Positions 40,101 through 49,303 of a stretch of 64,000 nucleotides of DNA are shown here, piece after piece. The stretch spans positions 70,615 through 134,614 of the forward strand of contig CAZXND010000002.1 of the NCBI GenBank assembly GCA_964641355.1, read 5' to 3'. The stretch comes from an uncultured Gammaproteobacteria bacterium (GTDB lineage Bacteria > Patescibacteriota > Microgenomatia > Levybacterales > GWA1-39-11). A program made the translations under genes and the position numbers. Position 1 is the first letter of the stretch. Every line of letters starts with the position of its first letter. The notes beneath the pieces are model-generated. The model was not told where the DNA came from and did no database searches. It worked only from the letters and a program-made list of their open reading frames with translations.

Positions 40101-40738
40101 ACTTTTGCATATATTATTAAAAAAAGAAAAGATATGGGGTAAAAAGCTACGATCGCAGGGGCTGAAACAATGCTAAAATTAGGAGAAAAGAAAAATGAAA
40201 TGATAATTATGATTAAGAGATATAAAAATCTAGATGTTTTAAAATACCTAACAAATAAATAAAAAACTAGAGGATTTAAAAAAATTTGATTTCTACTTAA
40301 TAAAACGTGCTCCCATCCGTCAATCAATGCGGGAAAAAATGCGTAGGCTATTCCACAGAATAAAGAAATTAGAAAAATATCATTTAATTTATTTCTCTTT
40401 TCACCTGTTAATATCTCTTTAGCTGAAAGAAATGTGAAAAGAAAAGAAGCGCTAAGTGTTACTCCATGAAAGATAGATATTAGTAAAAAAGGAGAGAGAA
40501 AAAATCTAAAAATAGCCAGTAACGCAATAAAGGGAAGTGAGAAATAGTAGATATTCTCAAGGCCAAATGAAGATGCTGAAATACTGAATAAGGATGCACT
40601 TTTAAGATAAGAAACTGGATCATAAAAATACAACCTACTAGAATCGCCTCCAATATCCATCTCGCCTGGTTTTAGCCAAAGAAAAGGAATTATTAAAAAT
40701 ATTACGGTTATTAGTAAAACAACAATTTTTTTTTGCAT
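37115..40738 (-). CDS. Large GT-C-like protein (AftD/YfhO-like) with inserted DUF5667-like and CBM-like regions
   Basis: GGD.SRL.FYDP, PGFSMFRNF, INPTKY and NGYSNGW shared with 43441 and 45842, plus a large insertion. ATG at 40738 preferred. Confidence 0.65.
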   Translation of the reverse strand: MQKKIVVLLITVIFLIIPFLWLKPGEMDIGGDSSRLYFYDPVSYLKSASLFSISASSFGLENIYYFSLPFIALLAIFRFFLSPFLLISIFHGVTLSASFLFTFLSAKEILTGEKRNKLNDIFLISLFCGIAYAFFPALIDGWEHVLLSRNQIFLNPLVFYLFVRYFKTSRFLYLLIIIIISFFFSPNFSIVSAPAIVAFYPISFLFLIIYAKVILRKKIKIKPLLVGLVLFLGVHIFHYFPQILDIFTSGSVVNKTIFSSEGKFNRGLSYFVAIAPNIKLSKNLLGLPQWVEIKYYHDLLIIYPIIILISFFFNKGRLLLILSFIFLVLLFFSSANITNLGFKFYSELFSIPGFSMFRNFYAQWQYSLAFYYALVLGASLALIRRRITSSEKSIFLKKGFDLFVLVLIIYLFLLSTPFIKGEIINRPLWQSKNIRSVMKMDPKYERFIAKIRKLSIDGKIVTLPFTDPAYQVIRGVNDGVYMGPSTIAYLTGKKDFAGYEDFLSYKDVFIKLVVNKEYEDIKNLFSILNIRYLVFNSDKYIYSNFPNFPFAYINDFFPNAQTYKSLISKLNAKLLFKNGDYSVFSLNKENYLPHFYISSKTISSLDPVLDWEVISPFYSFSNDRIAIDSSTNKDISVSQLSKVDIYSRIIKDYPISVNYPFAKWKLNSIFYPVVFYKEKYYLNKIKSDTDSYIDYLLFYSAKRISELERWEGEIPVQRNISSNQELINFWTDPKTINGLGGRKFNSWEASLSRYSRGVSAAIESIEKSEKDLGWKIQKKDKIRQFLLNSKIKVMIVIQKSMKSSHDRAYLSKIFEKLNSYYLKKTITKEYDPSILEYISKNGGKAKLFVRDEGKFDISRIKLVYNGSNIYSNNPQKVKGMVDLGDLNLESDKYIQLIIDSEDVITDDILFTPKSDDEIIGDTNLAIKSLNIKKRNIIKGLKYINGFKNNSYYLISFEYQSYGKVFDVGMYSQKRQDKNKLADPKFHYIFNEKRISKDWTKFNIVLSLKDYKNALLVMSSEDEKAQPIFRNFYAKVLPYHPDIVVKKKSDYKLFSKTPKITFVKINPTKYKIKVEGVDSEYLLIFSDAFSEKWKIYIDPKKKVRGKVVESYYNGKIKQEKSNDSLLDQNMFETLGRDSLLEKNHFVANGYSNGWLIPKGFADGKKSYNLIIEFETQKVFYITVVVSLISLLATVILLILTLCKKYEIK

Positions 40739-40739
40739 T

Positions 40740-41075
40740 TTACTCTTTCCATTGCTGAATAACACCTAATAAAAGGAAAAGGAAGCACCACACTGCCGCC
40801 TTTTCAGTAGAGAAAGATGTACCAGAAACAATGTAGCTAAGAAACATCGTAAACAACATAACAAAACTGTAAATAAAAGTTATCTTACTATTTGACGGGG
40901 TAGCGATGTAAATAAAAATATAGATTGCTAAAATCCCAAAAATTATCAAATCTGAATTAATCTTAATAAAGATTGAATCAAATAAGAGTGCTAGTAATAT
41001 TAAAAAAAGCAAAAAACTACGAAATTCCTTAGTTATTTTTTTAAGTTTTTTATAAAATTTATTAATTCGTTTCAT
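40740..41075 (-). CDS. Small 4-TM membrane protein
   Basis: SDL.IF.IL..Y ... EK.AVW.FLFL..GV.Q..KE; paralogue of 43131. Confidence 0.7.
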   Translation of the reverse strand: MKRINKFYKKLKKITKEFRSFLLFLILLALLFDSIFIKINSDLIIFGILAIYIFIYIATPSNSKITFIYSFVMLFTMFLSYIVSGTSFSTEKAAVWCFLFLLLGVIQQWKE

Positions 41076-41754
41076 TCTTTTTTTTAATATATCTCAATAC
41101 TTTACCCGGATTACCGCCGAAAACAGAAAATCTGGGAACATTTTTTCTCACAATAGTATTTGCTCCAATTACCGAACCGCTCTCAATAATAACATTATTG
41201 AATATAACAGCACCTGCACCTATCCAAACATTATCCTTAATCTCTATGTTCACATACTGCACCTTTTGTCTTATTATTGGAGTCTTAGTATCCTCAAACA
41301 TGTGATTCAACGTGTAAAATCTAACTCCATCTGCAATAAGAACATTATTACCAATCTTTAAACTACCTCCATTTTGTGCTAAATAACAGTCCTTACCAAT
41401 AACAACATTATTACCTATCTTGAGTCCATGGTTAGTAGATGCGAGAGTAGATCTCTCTCCAATTATAAAATTATCCCCAATTACAATAGGACCATCAGCC
41501 AAAATAGACACATCATCCTTTATATTAATATTGCTCCCCATTCTTATATTTGATGGGTGTTTAACCTTAAACCTTTTACCTATCAAAACTCGCTTTCCAG
41601 ATTTAATAAACACGTGTGAGATAAATCCCTTTACTATACTTAAAAAAAGACCCGTTCCTCCTGATAAAAACAAAGTCACAAGCAGATCGCCCACTATCGA
41701 TTTAAAAAGATCTTTATTATTTTTTACTCTGTAGTATTTTTGTATTGATTCCAT
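41062..41754 (-). CDS. Hexapeptide-repeat (LbH) acyltransferase
   Basis: Many IG.N repeats, NH, VWIG and G.PG motifs. ATG at 41754 preferred. Confidence 0.85.
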   Translation of the reverse strand: MESIQKYYRVKNNKDLFKSIVGDLLVTLFLSGGTGLFLSIVKGFISHVFIKSGKRVLIGKRFKVKHPSNIRMGSNINIKDDVSILADGPIVIGDNFIIGERSTLASTNHGLKIGNNVVIGKDCYLAQNGGSLKIGNNVLIADGVRFYTLNHMFEDTKTPIIRQKVQYVNIEIKDNVWIGAGAVIFNNVIIESGSVIGANTIVRKNVPRFSVFGGNPGKVLRYIKKKNETN

Positions 41755-41829
41755 CAAATTTATTGCGTTAATTATAACAAACCAAATATTTAAAACAATC
41801 AAGGATTGTGCTATTCTAAAAAAAATTAG

Positions 41830-43134
41830 ATGACCAAAATTAAAGTTTTTATCGTTTTATTTATCTTAGTAGTTGGATTAATTTTAAGACTTAACAACTA
41901 CTATATCTATCCCCAGAGAGGCGCCTCAAGTGATGAATATACATATTCATTTCTAGGCATAAGCTTAATCAATAAACATTATCCAGAGTCATGGTCCAAT
42001 TTAAACGCATATCCCAACCTTTACGATTTGACCATCGATCATTTGTATTTTCCAATGGTATACCCTTATTTTGATCACCCCCCTTTGAATGGTCTGCTTG
42101 TGGGAGCATGGTCAATAATAAACGGACAAAATAACTATAGAGAGATTGATCTTAAGACAATAAGACTTATCCCAATTTTTTTATATCTAATATCCGCGAT
42201 ATTAGTTTTCTTAATAGCTTTCAGGTTATATGGTTATCGCGTAGCATCAACGTCTCTTCTAATATTTTCAGCATCAACAGTGTTTGCAATGAATCAGAGA
42301 GTTGTATTCGCTGAAAACCTATTAACTCCTATATTTCTCGGAGCTATGTATTTATATATTCGCACTAGTAATTTAACTCTAAAAAAAGGTGTGACCTTGG
42401 GAATTCTATCAGGATTAGCTTTTTGGACAAAAGAAGTAGGAATAATCGTTTTTATCACCTTATTATTTTTGATGTTAAAAGATGTTAAAAAAATTAAACC
42501 TATTTTGATTTTTGTTATGATATTTTTGATTTTTTTTCTAGGATATTTTTTTTACGGAAACATATACGATTGGGACTTATTCTGGAAAATAATCTCAATC
42601 CAATCAGCAAGAAAAATCGGTCCAGAAACAATATTGCTCCTATTATCAAAACCTATAATTGTAAATAAGTTGTATTTTGATGGGTGGTATTTTCTCGGAT
42701 TTGTCTCTCTTTTCATTGGACTCACTGACATTAAAAAATATGGCCTAATTGTAATACCTGCATTCCTTTATTTTTTACTTATGGTCTTCTCTCTCGCCAA
42801 AGAAGGAGAAATGGGATGGTATATGATTCCTATGTTTCCATTTATGTCGATTATCATTTCTAAAATGACAACTGATGGACTTAAAAATGCAAATTGGTAC
42901 ATTTTTTTGATAATAATTTTTGTTGGGCTTTTTCAAATCAAATATCTGTATGAAGCTAACTTTGGATTAACACAAAATCAATTTAGAATAATTATGCTTA
43001 TAATGTTAGGACCTTTACTTTTAGCTCAGGCGTTTAAGTCTAAGAGAATATTTACTCAAATAAGTTTTTTTTGGTTTTATCTGCTAATTATTGGGACAAT
43101 TTTTCTAACCTATACATATATCCATCCCGCCTAG
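41830..43134 (+). CDS. GT-C fold glycosyltransferase (PMT_2/ArnT-like)
   Basis: LILRL, SDE acidic loop, DHPPL and multiple TM helices. Confidence 0.8.
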   Translation: MTKIKVFIVLFILVVGLILRLNNYYIYPQRGASSDEYTYSFLGISLINKHYPESWSNLNAYPNLYDLTIDHLYFPMVYPYFDHPPLNGLLVGAWSIINGQNNYREIDLKTIRLIPIFLYLISAILVFLIAFRLYGYRVASTSLLIFSASTVFAMNQRVVFAENLLTPIFLGAMYLYIRTSNLTLKKGVTLGILSGLAFWTKEVGIIVFITLLFLMLKDVKKIKPILIFVMIFLIFFLGYFFYGNIYDWDLFWKIISIQSARKIGPETILLLLSKPIIVNKLYFDGWYFLGFVSLFIGLTDIKKYGLIVIPAFLYFLLMVFSLAKEGEMGWYMIPMFPFMSIIISKMTTDGLKNANWYIFLIIIFVGLFQIKYLYEANFGLTQNQFRIIMLIMLGPLLLAQAFKSKRIFTQISFFWFYLLIIGTIFLTYTYIHPA

Positions 43135-43448
43135 AGCTCTTTAAATTTCTGAAAGACCGCAATAACTAAAAAAAGATACACAAAAACAGCAACTCTTTCA
43201 CTGAATGGCACTATCTGTCCAGGATTAATAAACTCAACTAAATTTGTAAAAATAAATAAAACAAAAGAATAAAAAATAAGCATCATTGAAAGAACTATTG
43301 TCATATTAGCAGTAATTTTTTTAATAGATATTAAGAATAAATATAGTGTTAGTATGGTAAAAATTCTTAAATCAGAACTTTCTCTGAAAATTAGCACTTC
43401 AAGTACGATAATTATAAAAGTCGATAAAATATAAAATAATTTACTCAT
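43131..43448 (-). CDS. Small 4-TM membrane protein
   Basis: SDL.IF.IL..Y ... ER.AVF.YLFL..AV.Q..KE; paralogue of 40740. Confidence 0.7.
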   Translation of the reverse strand: MSKLFYILSTFIIIVLEVLIFRESSDLRIFTILTLYLFLISIKKITANMTIVLSMMLIFYSFVLFIFTNLVEFINPGQIVPFSERVAVFVYLFLVIAVFQKFKEL

Positions 43449-45852
43449 TTTTAAATAACAGTAGTCCGTAGAGAAAAAGACATAATAGAGTGAGGATAGA
43501 CACCATAAAAGTAATATAAAACGTTTGCTGGCCCATCATCTCGATGATCAAATTATAATTTTCTTTTTTACCATCAATATACCACGCATTAGAATATCCG
43601 TTAACCATGAAATGGGAATCATCAAAAATAGACTTCATTCCAAAAGTTTCAAATGGCTTATCGTCAACAAATTGATTTGCTGGTTTTTCTTCATTTACTA
43701 TTCCGTTTAAATAAATATTATTTTTGTCTATAAGATATGCTTTTGGTTTGTCTTCAAATATTTTCCAGTGGCTGTTGTATGCTTCTTGAAAAACAATAAT
43801 AACAGGCTCCTTAACACCCAAAATACTTAACTTATATTTAGTAGGGTTGATTTTTTTATAAAATATTTTTATCATGTGTTTCCCTCTCTTCCCTTTCTTT
43901 CCACAAATATTTTTAATGGTTAGGGATTTACAAATAGAATTTTCAATATAAACACTTCTTATGTTTTCAGTTTTCTCTCCGTTTTCTAAAGGAAAAAACG
44001 ACAATGCACCATAATACGGCTTACTATATTTTTTATTTGCGTCGTAGGTTAAGATATTAGACGCGGGATAAAAATGAGGTAAATAGTCAGAATTATCTAG
44101 CTCATACAAATGATAATCGCCTGAACTAAATATTTTTTTCTCAGCAATTTTTTCTACAAAACTTATTGATTTACTTGAAGCGGGTACATTTGTATAACCA
44201 TATGGAAATTCAGGAAAATATTTATCAGATATATTATTATCTTGATTAAGAAGAATATACCTAACTTGAAGCAATTCAAGCATCCTCTTCATAAGAGAAA
44301 AGTTTTTCTTTTCAACTAAAATTTTAAAGACCTGAGAATAAGGGTCCATATGTTGATAGCCAGCAAAATCGTTTCTACCAACCAACAACGAAGTCATCGA
44401 TTGACCTACATATACACCATTATTTGATCCTCCTACTAAATTGTATGCAAAATCAGTAAAAGGAACATGCAACATTTTACCGTCACTAGGTAACTCATAT
44501 ATGTATTTAAGTAATTTTTTATAATGAGCATCCATTACGATTATCGAACTCAAACCTTTCGATCCTCTTTGACTTACGCGAATCACACTACTATCTAAAA
44601 TAGGTATGCTTCTTAAGAGTATGAGAATAAAAATTATTAATATTAACGAGATCATATATTTTTTTTTGAGAGCGCTAAGAATTTTTATTATTGATAGACC
44701 AAAGAGAAGCGAGTAGAAAAAGGTGTAAACCCATTGCCACTGACCAGAAAAATTTCTAAACATTCCAAATCCAGGAATCAAAAAAAATACCCTATAAAAC
44801 TCTCTACCTAATCTTGTTATATTTGCTGATACTAAAAAAAGTGTCATAAGGAAGAAAATACATAATAAGATATACAAATTATTTTTTTTTGAGAAAATTA
44901 ACCCAAAAATGATTATAAAAGGAGCAATAAATAAACTTAAAGCAGGTAAGTAAAACTCCGGAACAAGAAGAATACTCGCACTAACCTTAGAGAACTGAAC
45001 AATTGAATCAAAATAACTTAGACCTATATTGGTCCCAGATATGCTTTCAAAAGTTCTAGAATTTAGCTCTGTACCTTTACTAAAAAGCGTAGAAAGTAAA
45101 GGTATAACATGAAACAAGTGCAAAAAGACGAAAATAATACCACTAACTAGAAGCCCTTTCATAGGGAACTTCTTTTTAAGTACGAGTTTTGTGTAAAAAA
45201 ACAAAAAAGATAAAATTATTGGGTAAAAGGCATATATAGGAGGGTTGTAAATAGCAAAATTAGATGAAAATATGAATGACACAACAAGAATAACCCATAG
45301 ATATTTAAATTTATTTTCCTGAACGTACTTAAGCAAAAGATAAAAGAATAGTGGATTTAAAAAAACTTGATCATGTGTCACGAGCGCATATTTCATGTTA
45401 TTAAGAATCGCCGGAGATAGAACATAAAAGAAAGACGCTACTATCGACCCAGACCATTCCCCCAAAGTCATCTCTTCCACCGACTTACGTTGTAAAAACT
45501 CCTTAATTATTAAAAAAATAAATACAAAACCGAATGCGAGTTTTATTCCATTAAAGATATTAATAACTATTGTTGATGATACAAATATAGACTTGATTAA
45601 AAACACAAATAAAATATAAGGTAAAAAATACTGATTGTAGGAAACCGTCCCAGTCCCCCATGGAACAACGCTATATATAGCAAAAGACTTAAGATTTGAG
45701 ATAGGATCATAAAAAAACAACCTATGACTATCTCCTCCTAGTTCTAACTCACCCTCTCGAAGCCATAAAAAGGGGATAAAAAAGAGAGTTAAAAAAATAA
45801 AAATAATAACTAAACGTTTATATTTAAACCTTTTTAATTTTTTATTTTTCAT
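43441..45852 (-). CDS. GT-C-like protein (AftD/YfhO-like) paralogue
   Basis: GGDSHRLFFYDP, QVFLNP, PGFGMFRNF, YLPHFY, INPTKY and NGYSNAW motifs. Confidence 0.65.
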   Translation of the reverse strand: MKNKKLKRFKYKRLVIIFIFLTLFFIPFLWLREGELELGGDSHRLFFYDPISNLKSFAIYSVVPWGTGTVSYNQYFLPYILFVFLIKSIFVSSTIVINIFNGIKLAFGFVFIFLIIKEFLQRKSVEEMTLGEWSGSIVASFFYVLSPAILNNMKYALVTHDQVFLNPLFFYLLLKYVQENKFKYLWVILVVSFIFSSNFAIYNPPIYAFYPIILSFLFFYTKLVLKKKFPMKGLLVSGIIFVFLHLFHVIPLLSTLFSKGTELNSRTFESISGTNIGLSYFDSIVQFSKVSASILLVPEFYLPALSLFIAPFIIIFGLIFSKKNNLYILLCIFFLMTLFLVSANITRLGREFYRVFFLIPGFGMFRNFSGQWQWVYTFFYSLLFGLSIIKILSALKKKYMISLILIIFILILLRSIPILDSSVIRVSQRGSKGLSSIIVMDAHYKKLLKYIYELPSDGKMLHVPFTDFAYNLVGGSNNGVYVGQSMTSLLVGRNDFAGYQHMDPYSQVFKILVEKKNFSLMKRMLELLQVRYILLNQDNNISDKYFPEFPYGYTNVPASSKSISFVEKIAEKKIFSSGDYHLYELDNSDYLPHFYPASNILTYDANKKYSKPYYGALSFFPLENGEKTENIRSVYIENSICKSLTIKNICGKKGKRGKHMIKIFYKKINPTKYKLSILGVKEPVIIVFQEAYNSHWKIFEDKPKAYLIDKNNIYLNGIVNEEKPANQFVDDKPFETFGMKSIFDDSHFMVNGYSNAWYIDGKKENYNLIIEMMGQQTFYITFMVSILTLLCLFLYGLLLFKNE

Positions 45853-48139
45853 TTGTATTTAAAAAAGATATTATTATTAATGATATTAAACTACCCAAGA
45901 CAACCAAGGTTATTATCCAACCGAACCAAAAGTATTTTTGATCTTCTAGATAAATCGAGCCTTCTATTTTTTTATTTGCATTGTTTTGAGCAGGGATAAC
46001 CCAACCATTTGCATATCCATTAATAATCATGTGTTTTTCGATCTGATCATTTCCAATCTTAACCTTCCATCCGTTGTGATAGGAGTGCTGTAAGACGATT
46101 AGCATATCATTGGTGAGATTACCGGAAATTATAAACTTATAACTCACAGGGTTAACTTCTATAAATTCTAAATTTATCTTAGACTTGTGATAATTCCTAC
46201 ATAGACTTCCGATAAAACTGCAATTTTTTTTGTTAACAAACACACTTGCCATACTTTTTCCGTATTTTAATCTGTCACTTGTGTAAACATCGTTCGGAAT
46301 AAAGATTGTAGGGTTGTAAAATTCACTTCTTAATTCATAAATTGTGTAGTGTCCCTTTTTAAATAAAAATTTTAATGGAAAGTTACTTAAGTATTTTTTA
46401 TACTCTTTTTGCGTCTTAGGCATAGAAGTCATCATATACCCATAAGAACCGGGGTTAAACCCTTTTTCATAAGCCATAGGGTCATTATTATAAAGCACGT
46501 ATCTGACATTTAACGTATTTAGAATTTGAATAAGCTTTGCATAATTTTTTTCTCTCGTGTACTTTAAAAACTCTTCTGCGTAGGGAGAGTTGTTTTTATA
46601 ACCTAAATCTTGATATCCCACGAAACTATATTTGCTAGTTAAATGCAATATTGTTGATGGCCCTTCATACGCCCCTCCATTTTTACCGCTAATAACCTGT
46701 CTAAAAAAATCTGTTAATGGAAATACTATGATCTTTCCATCTTTTGGTAATTTATCTATAAATGAAAGAGTTTCTATATAATTAGTATCCATTTCAAAAA
46801 CAGTTCTTACAGAATTGGATCCCCGAATATAAACATTATTGATGACATCACCAAACAAAAGAGAATGTCCAATAACTATGAGTATAATAATTAAACCAAA
46901 GAAGAAAAGTTTGACATAAACCACTTTTAACTTTTCAAAAATATAATAGACTGAGAAACTCAATACAATTGAGTAAAAAAAGATATATACGTACATCCAC
47001 TGAGTATAAAAGTTGCGAAACATAGCAAAACCTGGAAGATAAAATAGTTTTTTATAAATTTCATATCCCAAATCAGTAATATTGGCTGTAACAAGAAAAA
47101 AAGTAACAATAAGGAATATAAAAATTAGTAAAAACTCTTTTCTCTTATTAATAAACAATCCAACTGTTACTATTAAAGGAAAGACTACAACACCTACAAT
47201 CGAGAACTCTCTTTTTTCGGGCGGGAGAAATAAACTTATTGCAGCCTTTCCATGTTGATGAATTGCTTCAAAATAACCAACTCCCTCGGCTAAAATTGAT
47301 CTTTTATCTACTACCAATGTGTTCCCAATACTCCCTTTTTCGAAAAATGAAAAAATTTCCCCCAATAAGTGAAATGCGTGTAATAAAATAAAGAAAACAG
47401 TTCCTACTACGAGCCCTTTCCAGGGAAAAGGGTACTTACCAAAAAATAAGAAATATAGAATTAAGAAAAATATTGATATGGGGTAAAAAGAGAATAACGG
47501 CGGAGCTGAACCAAGAAGACTGAAATTTGTTGAGAAAACAAATGAAATTAATATTGCAATCCATAAATAGATATATTTTTTTGTAGTGAAAAACTTAAGT
47601 AAAAAGAAAAAAACTGCTGGGTTTAGGAAAATTTGATCATGTGTAAAAAGAGGTCTATCCCAAAAAAATGCCATATTTAGAGAAGTAAAAGAGACGGTAT
47701 AGAAAATTCCTGAAATGATGCTTGAATATTTTGCTTTCCATTTATCAAACTTCGTTAGCTGAGAAATTAACGTAAATGAAATAAAGTAAACAAATATAAA
47801 CCCACCTGAAAGCTTTATAGAGTTAAATAAATTTATAGTAGATGTTGTCGATAAAAAATTTCTCAAAATACTGATAACGATTACGTAGGGGATGTAAAAG
47901 TACTTTGGTTCCACTATTCCCTTCCCTTGTCCTGAAATATCAAAAACTGCAGTATATTTTAAGAAACTTATAGGGTCATAAAAATATAGTCTATTAGCAT
48001 CGCCTCCCAAATTTAATTCTCCAGGCTTTAACCAAAAGAGAGGCACCACAAAAAAAATAATTGCGATCGAAATAAAGACTTTATTTTGCAGAATTAATTT
48101 TGTTATTTTTTTACCAATCATTTTTGAATAATTATACAT
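45842..48139 (-). CDS. GT-C-like protein (AftD/YfhO-like) paralogue
   Basis: GGDANRLYFYDP, QIFLNP, PGFAMFRNF, VNP.SY and NGYANGW motifs. Start may be ATG 48121. Confidence 0.65.
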   Translation of the reverse strand: MYNYSKMIGKKITKLILQNKVFISIAIIFFVVPLFWLKPGELNLGGDANRLYFYDPISFLKYTAVFDISGQGKGIVEPKYFYIPYVIVISILRNFLSTTSTINLFNSIKLSGGFIFVYFISFTLISQLTKFDKWKAKYSSIISGIFYTVSFTSLNMAFFWDRPLFTHDQIFLNPAVFFFLLKFFTTKKYIYLWIAILISFVFSTNFSLLGSAPPLFSFYPISIFFLILYFLFFGKYPFPWKGLVVGTVFFILLHAFHLLGEIFSFFEKGSIGNTLVVDKRSILAEGVGYFEAIHQHGKAAISLFLPPEKREFSIVGVVVFPLIVTVGLFINKRKEFLLIFIFLIVTFFLVTANITDLGYEIYKKLFYLPGFAMFRNFYTQWMYVYIFFYSIVLSFSVYYIFEKLKVVYVKLFFFGLIIILIVIGHSLLFGDVINNVYIRGSNSVRTVFEMDTNYIETLSFIDKLPKDGKIIVFPLTDFFRQVISGKNGGAYEGPSTILHLTSKYSFVGYQDLGYKNNSPYAEEFLKYTREKNYAKLIQILNTLNVRYVLYNNDPMAYEKGFNPGSYGYMMTSMPKTQKEYKKYLSNFPLKFLFKKGHYTIYELRSEFYNPTIFIPNDVYTSDRLKYGKSMASVFVNKKNCSFIGSLCRNYHKSKINLEFIEVNPVSYKFIISGNLTNDMLIVLQHSYHNGWKVKIGNDQIEKHMIINGYANGWVIPAQNNANKKIEGSIYLEDQKYFWFGWIITLVVLGSLISLIIISFLNTNEK

Positions 48140-48193
48140 TAGATTCTATTGATAACAAAAAATCGCTATAGTATACTAGGCATCAATTCAGAG

Positions 48194-49303
48194 ATGAACA
48201 TATTGATATTCAATTGGAGAGATCCCAAACACAGGTGGGCAGGCGGAGGAGAAATGTATGTTTTTGAGCAAGCTAAAAGATGGGCAAAAACAGGACATAA
48301 AGTTACAGTTTTCTGTGGAGAAGATATAGACAATAAACTTCCAGAATTCGAAATATCAAATGGAATAACCATACATAGAAAAGGGGGAAGATATAGTTTG
48401 TACTTATGGGCAATTTGGTACTACTTTAAGAAATTAAGAAAAAATGCAGATATAGTTATAGACGTGGAAAATGGAATACCTTTTTTTACCCCACTCTTTA
48501 CTAGATTACCCAAACTCTGTATCGTTTACCACGTTCATGGAAAACAATTTTTCTATGAGCTTCCACCAGTAATTAGTCATGTTGGATACATAATAGAAAA
48601 ATATATTTTTCCACTCTTATATAGAAAGGTCAACATTATAGCGATATCGAAGACTACTGAAAAGGAGCTTATCAAATTAGGTTTTAACAGGAAAAATATT
48701 AGAATTATATATTCAGGCATTACAGACTCAAAAAAGGATAAGAGTAAATACTCAAAAAAATTTGCTTCTCCAACCATTCTTTATCTCGGAAGAATTAAGA
48801 AATACAAAAGAGTTGGATTATTGGTAAAAATTTTTCCAGATATTGTTAAAAAAATTCCCAATGCGAACTTAATAATTGCCGGATGGGGAACAGAGGCAGC
48901 AAATCTAACAGATAATATAATGAGAAATTCTTTAAGAAAAAAAATAAAATTATTGGGACCTGTTGGTGAAAGAGAGAAAAAATATCTACTATCAAAATCA
49001 TGGATATTTGTTAACCCTTCCATTGGAGAGGGTTGGAGCATTGCTGTAATTGAAGCCAACCTGCATGGAACACCTGCAATTTCATTTAAAGTCCCTGGTC
49101 TATCAGAATCTATAAAACATTTAAAAACAGGCTTACTTGCAAAAAATGAAAGTGACTTAATTGAAAAAATTTGCAGCATCTTAAAAGATAAGAAAATCAG
49201 AAATAGATTGAGCTATAACGCCCGTGAGTTTGCGGTAGGTTTTGACTGGAACACCTCAGCAAATAAAACACTACTATTAATTGATAAATTAGCTAAAAAA
49301 TAA
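48194..49303 (+). CDS. GT4 glycosyltransferase
   Basis: NWRD..H..AGG.E, NGIPFF.P, GRIKKYK and EGW.I.VIEA motifs. Confidence 0.9.
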   Translation: MNILIFNWRDPKHRWAGGGEMYVFEQAKRWAKTGHKVTVFCGEDIDNKLPEFEISNGITIHRKGGRYSLYLWAIWYYFKKLRKNADIVIDVENGIPFFTPLFTRLPKLCIVYHVHGKQFFYELPPVISHVGYIIEKYIFPLLYRKVNIIAISKTTEKELIKLGFNRKNIRIIYSGITDSKKDKSKYSKKFASPTILYLGRIKKYKRVGLLVKIFPDIVKKIPNANLIIAGWGTEAANLTDNIMRNSLRKKIKLLGPVGEREKKYLLSKSWIFVNPSIGEGWSIAVIEANLHGTPAISFKVPGLSESIKHLKTGLLAKNESDLIEKICSILKDKKIRNRLSYNAREFAVGFDWNTSANKTLLLIDKLAKK

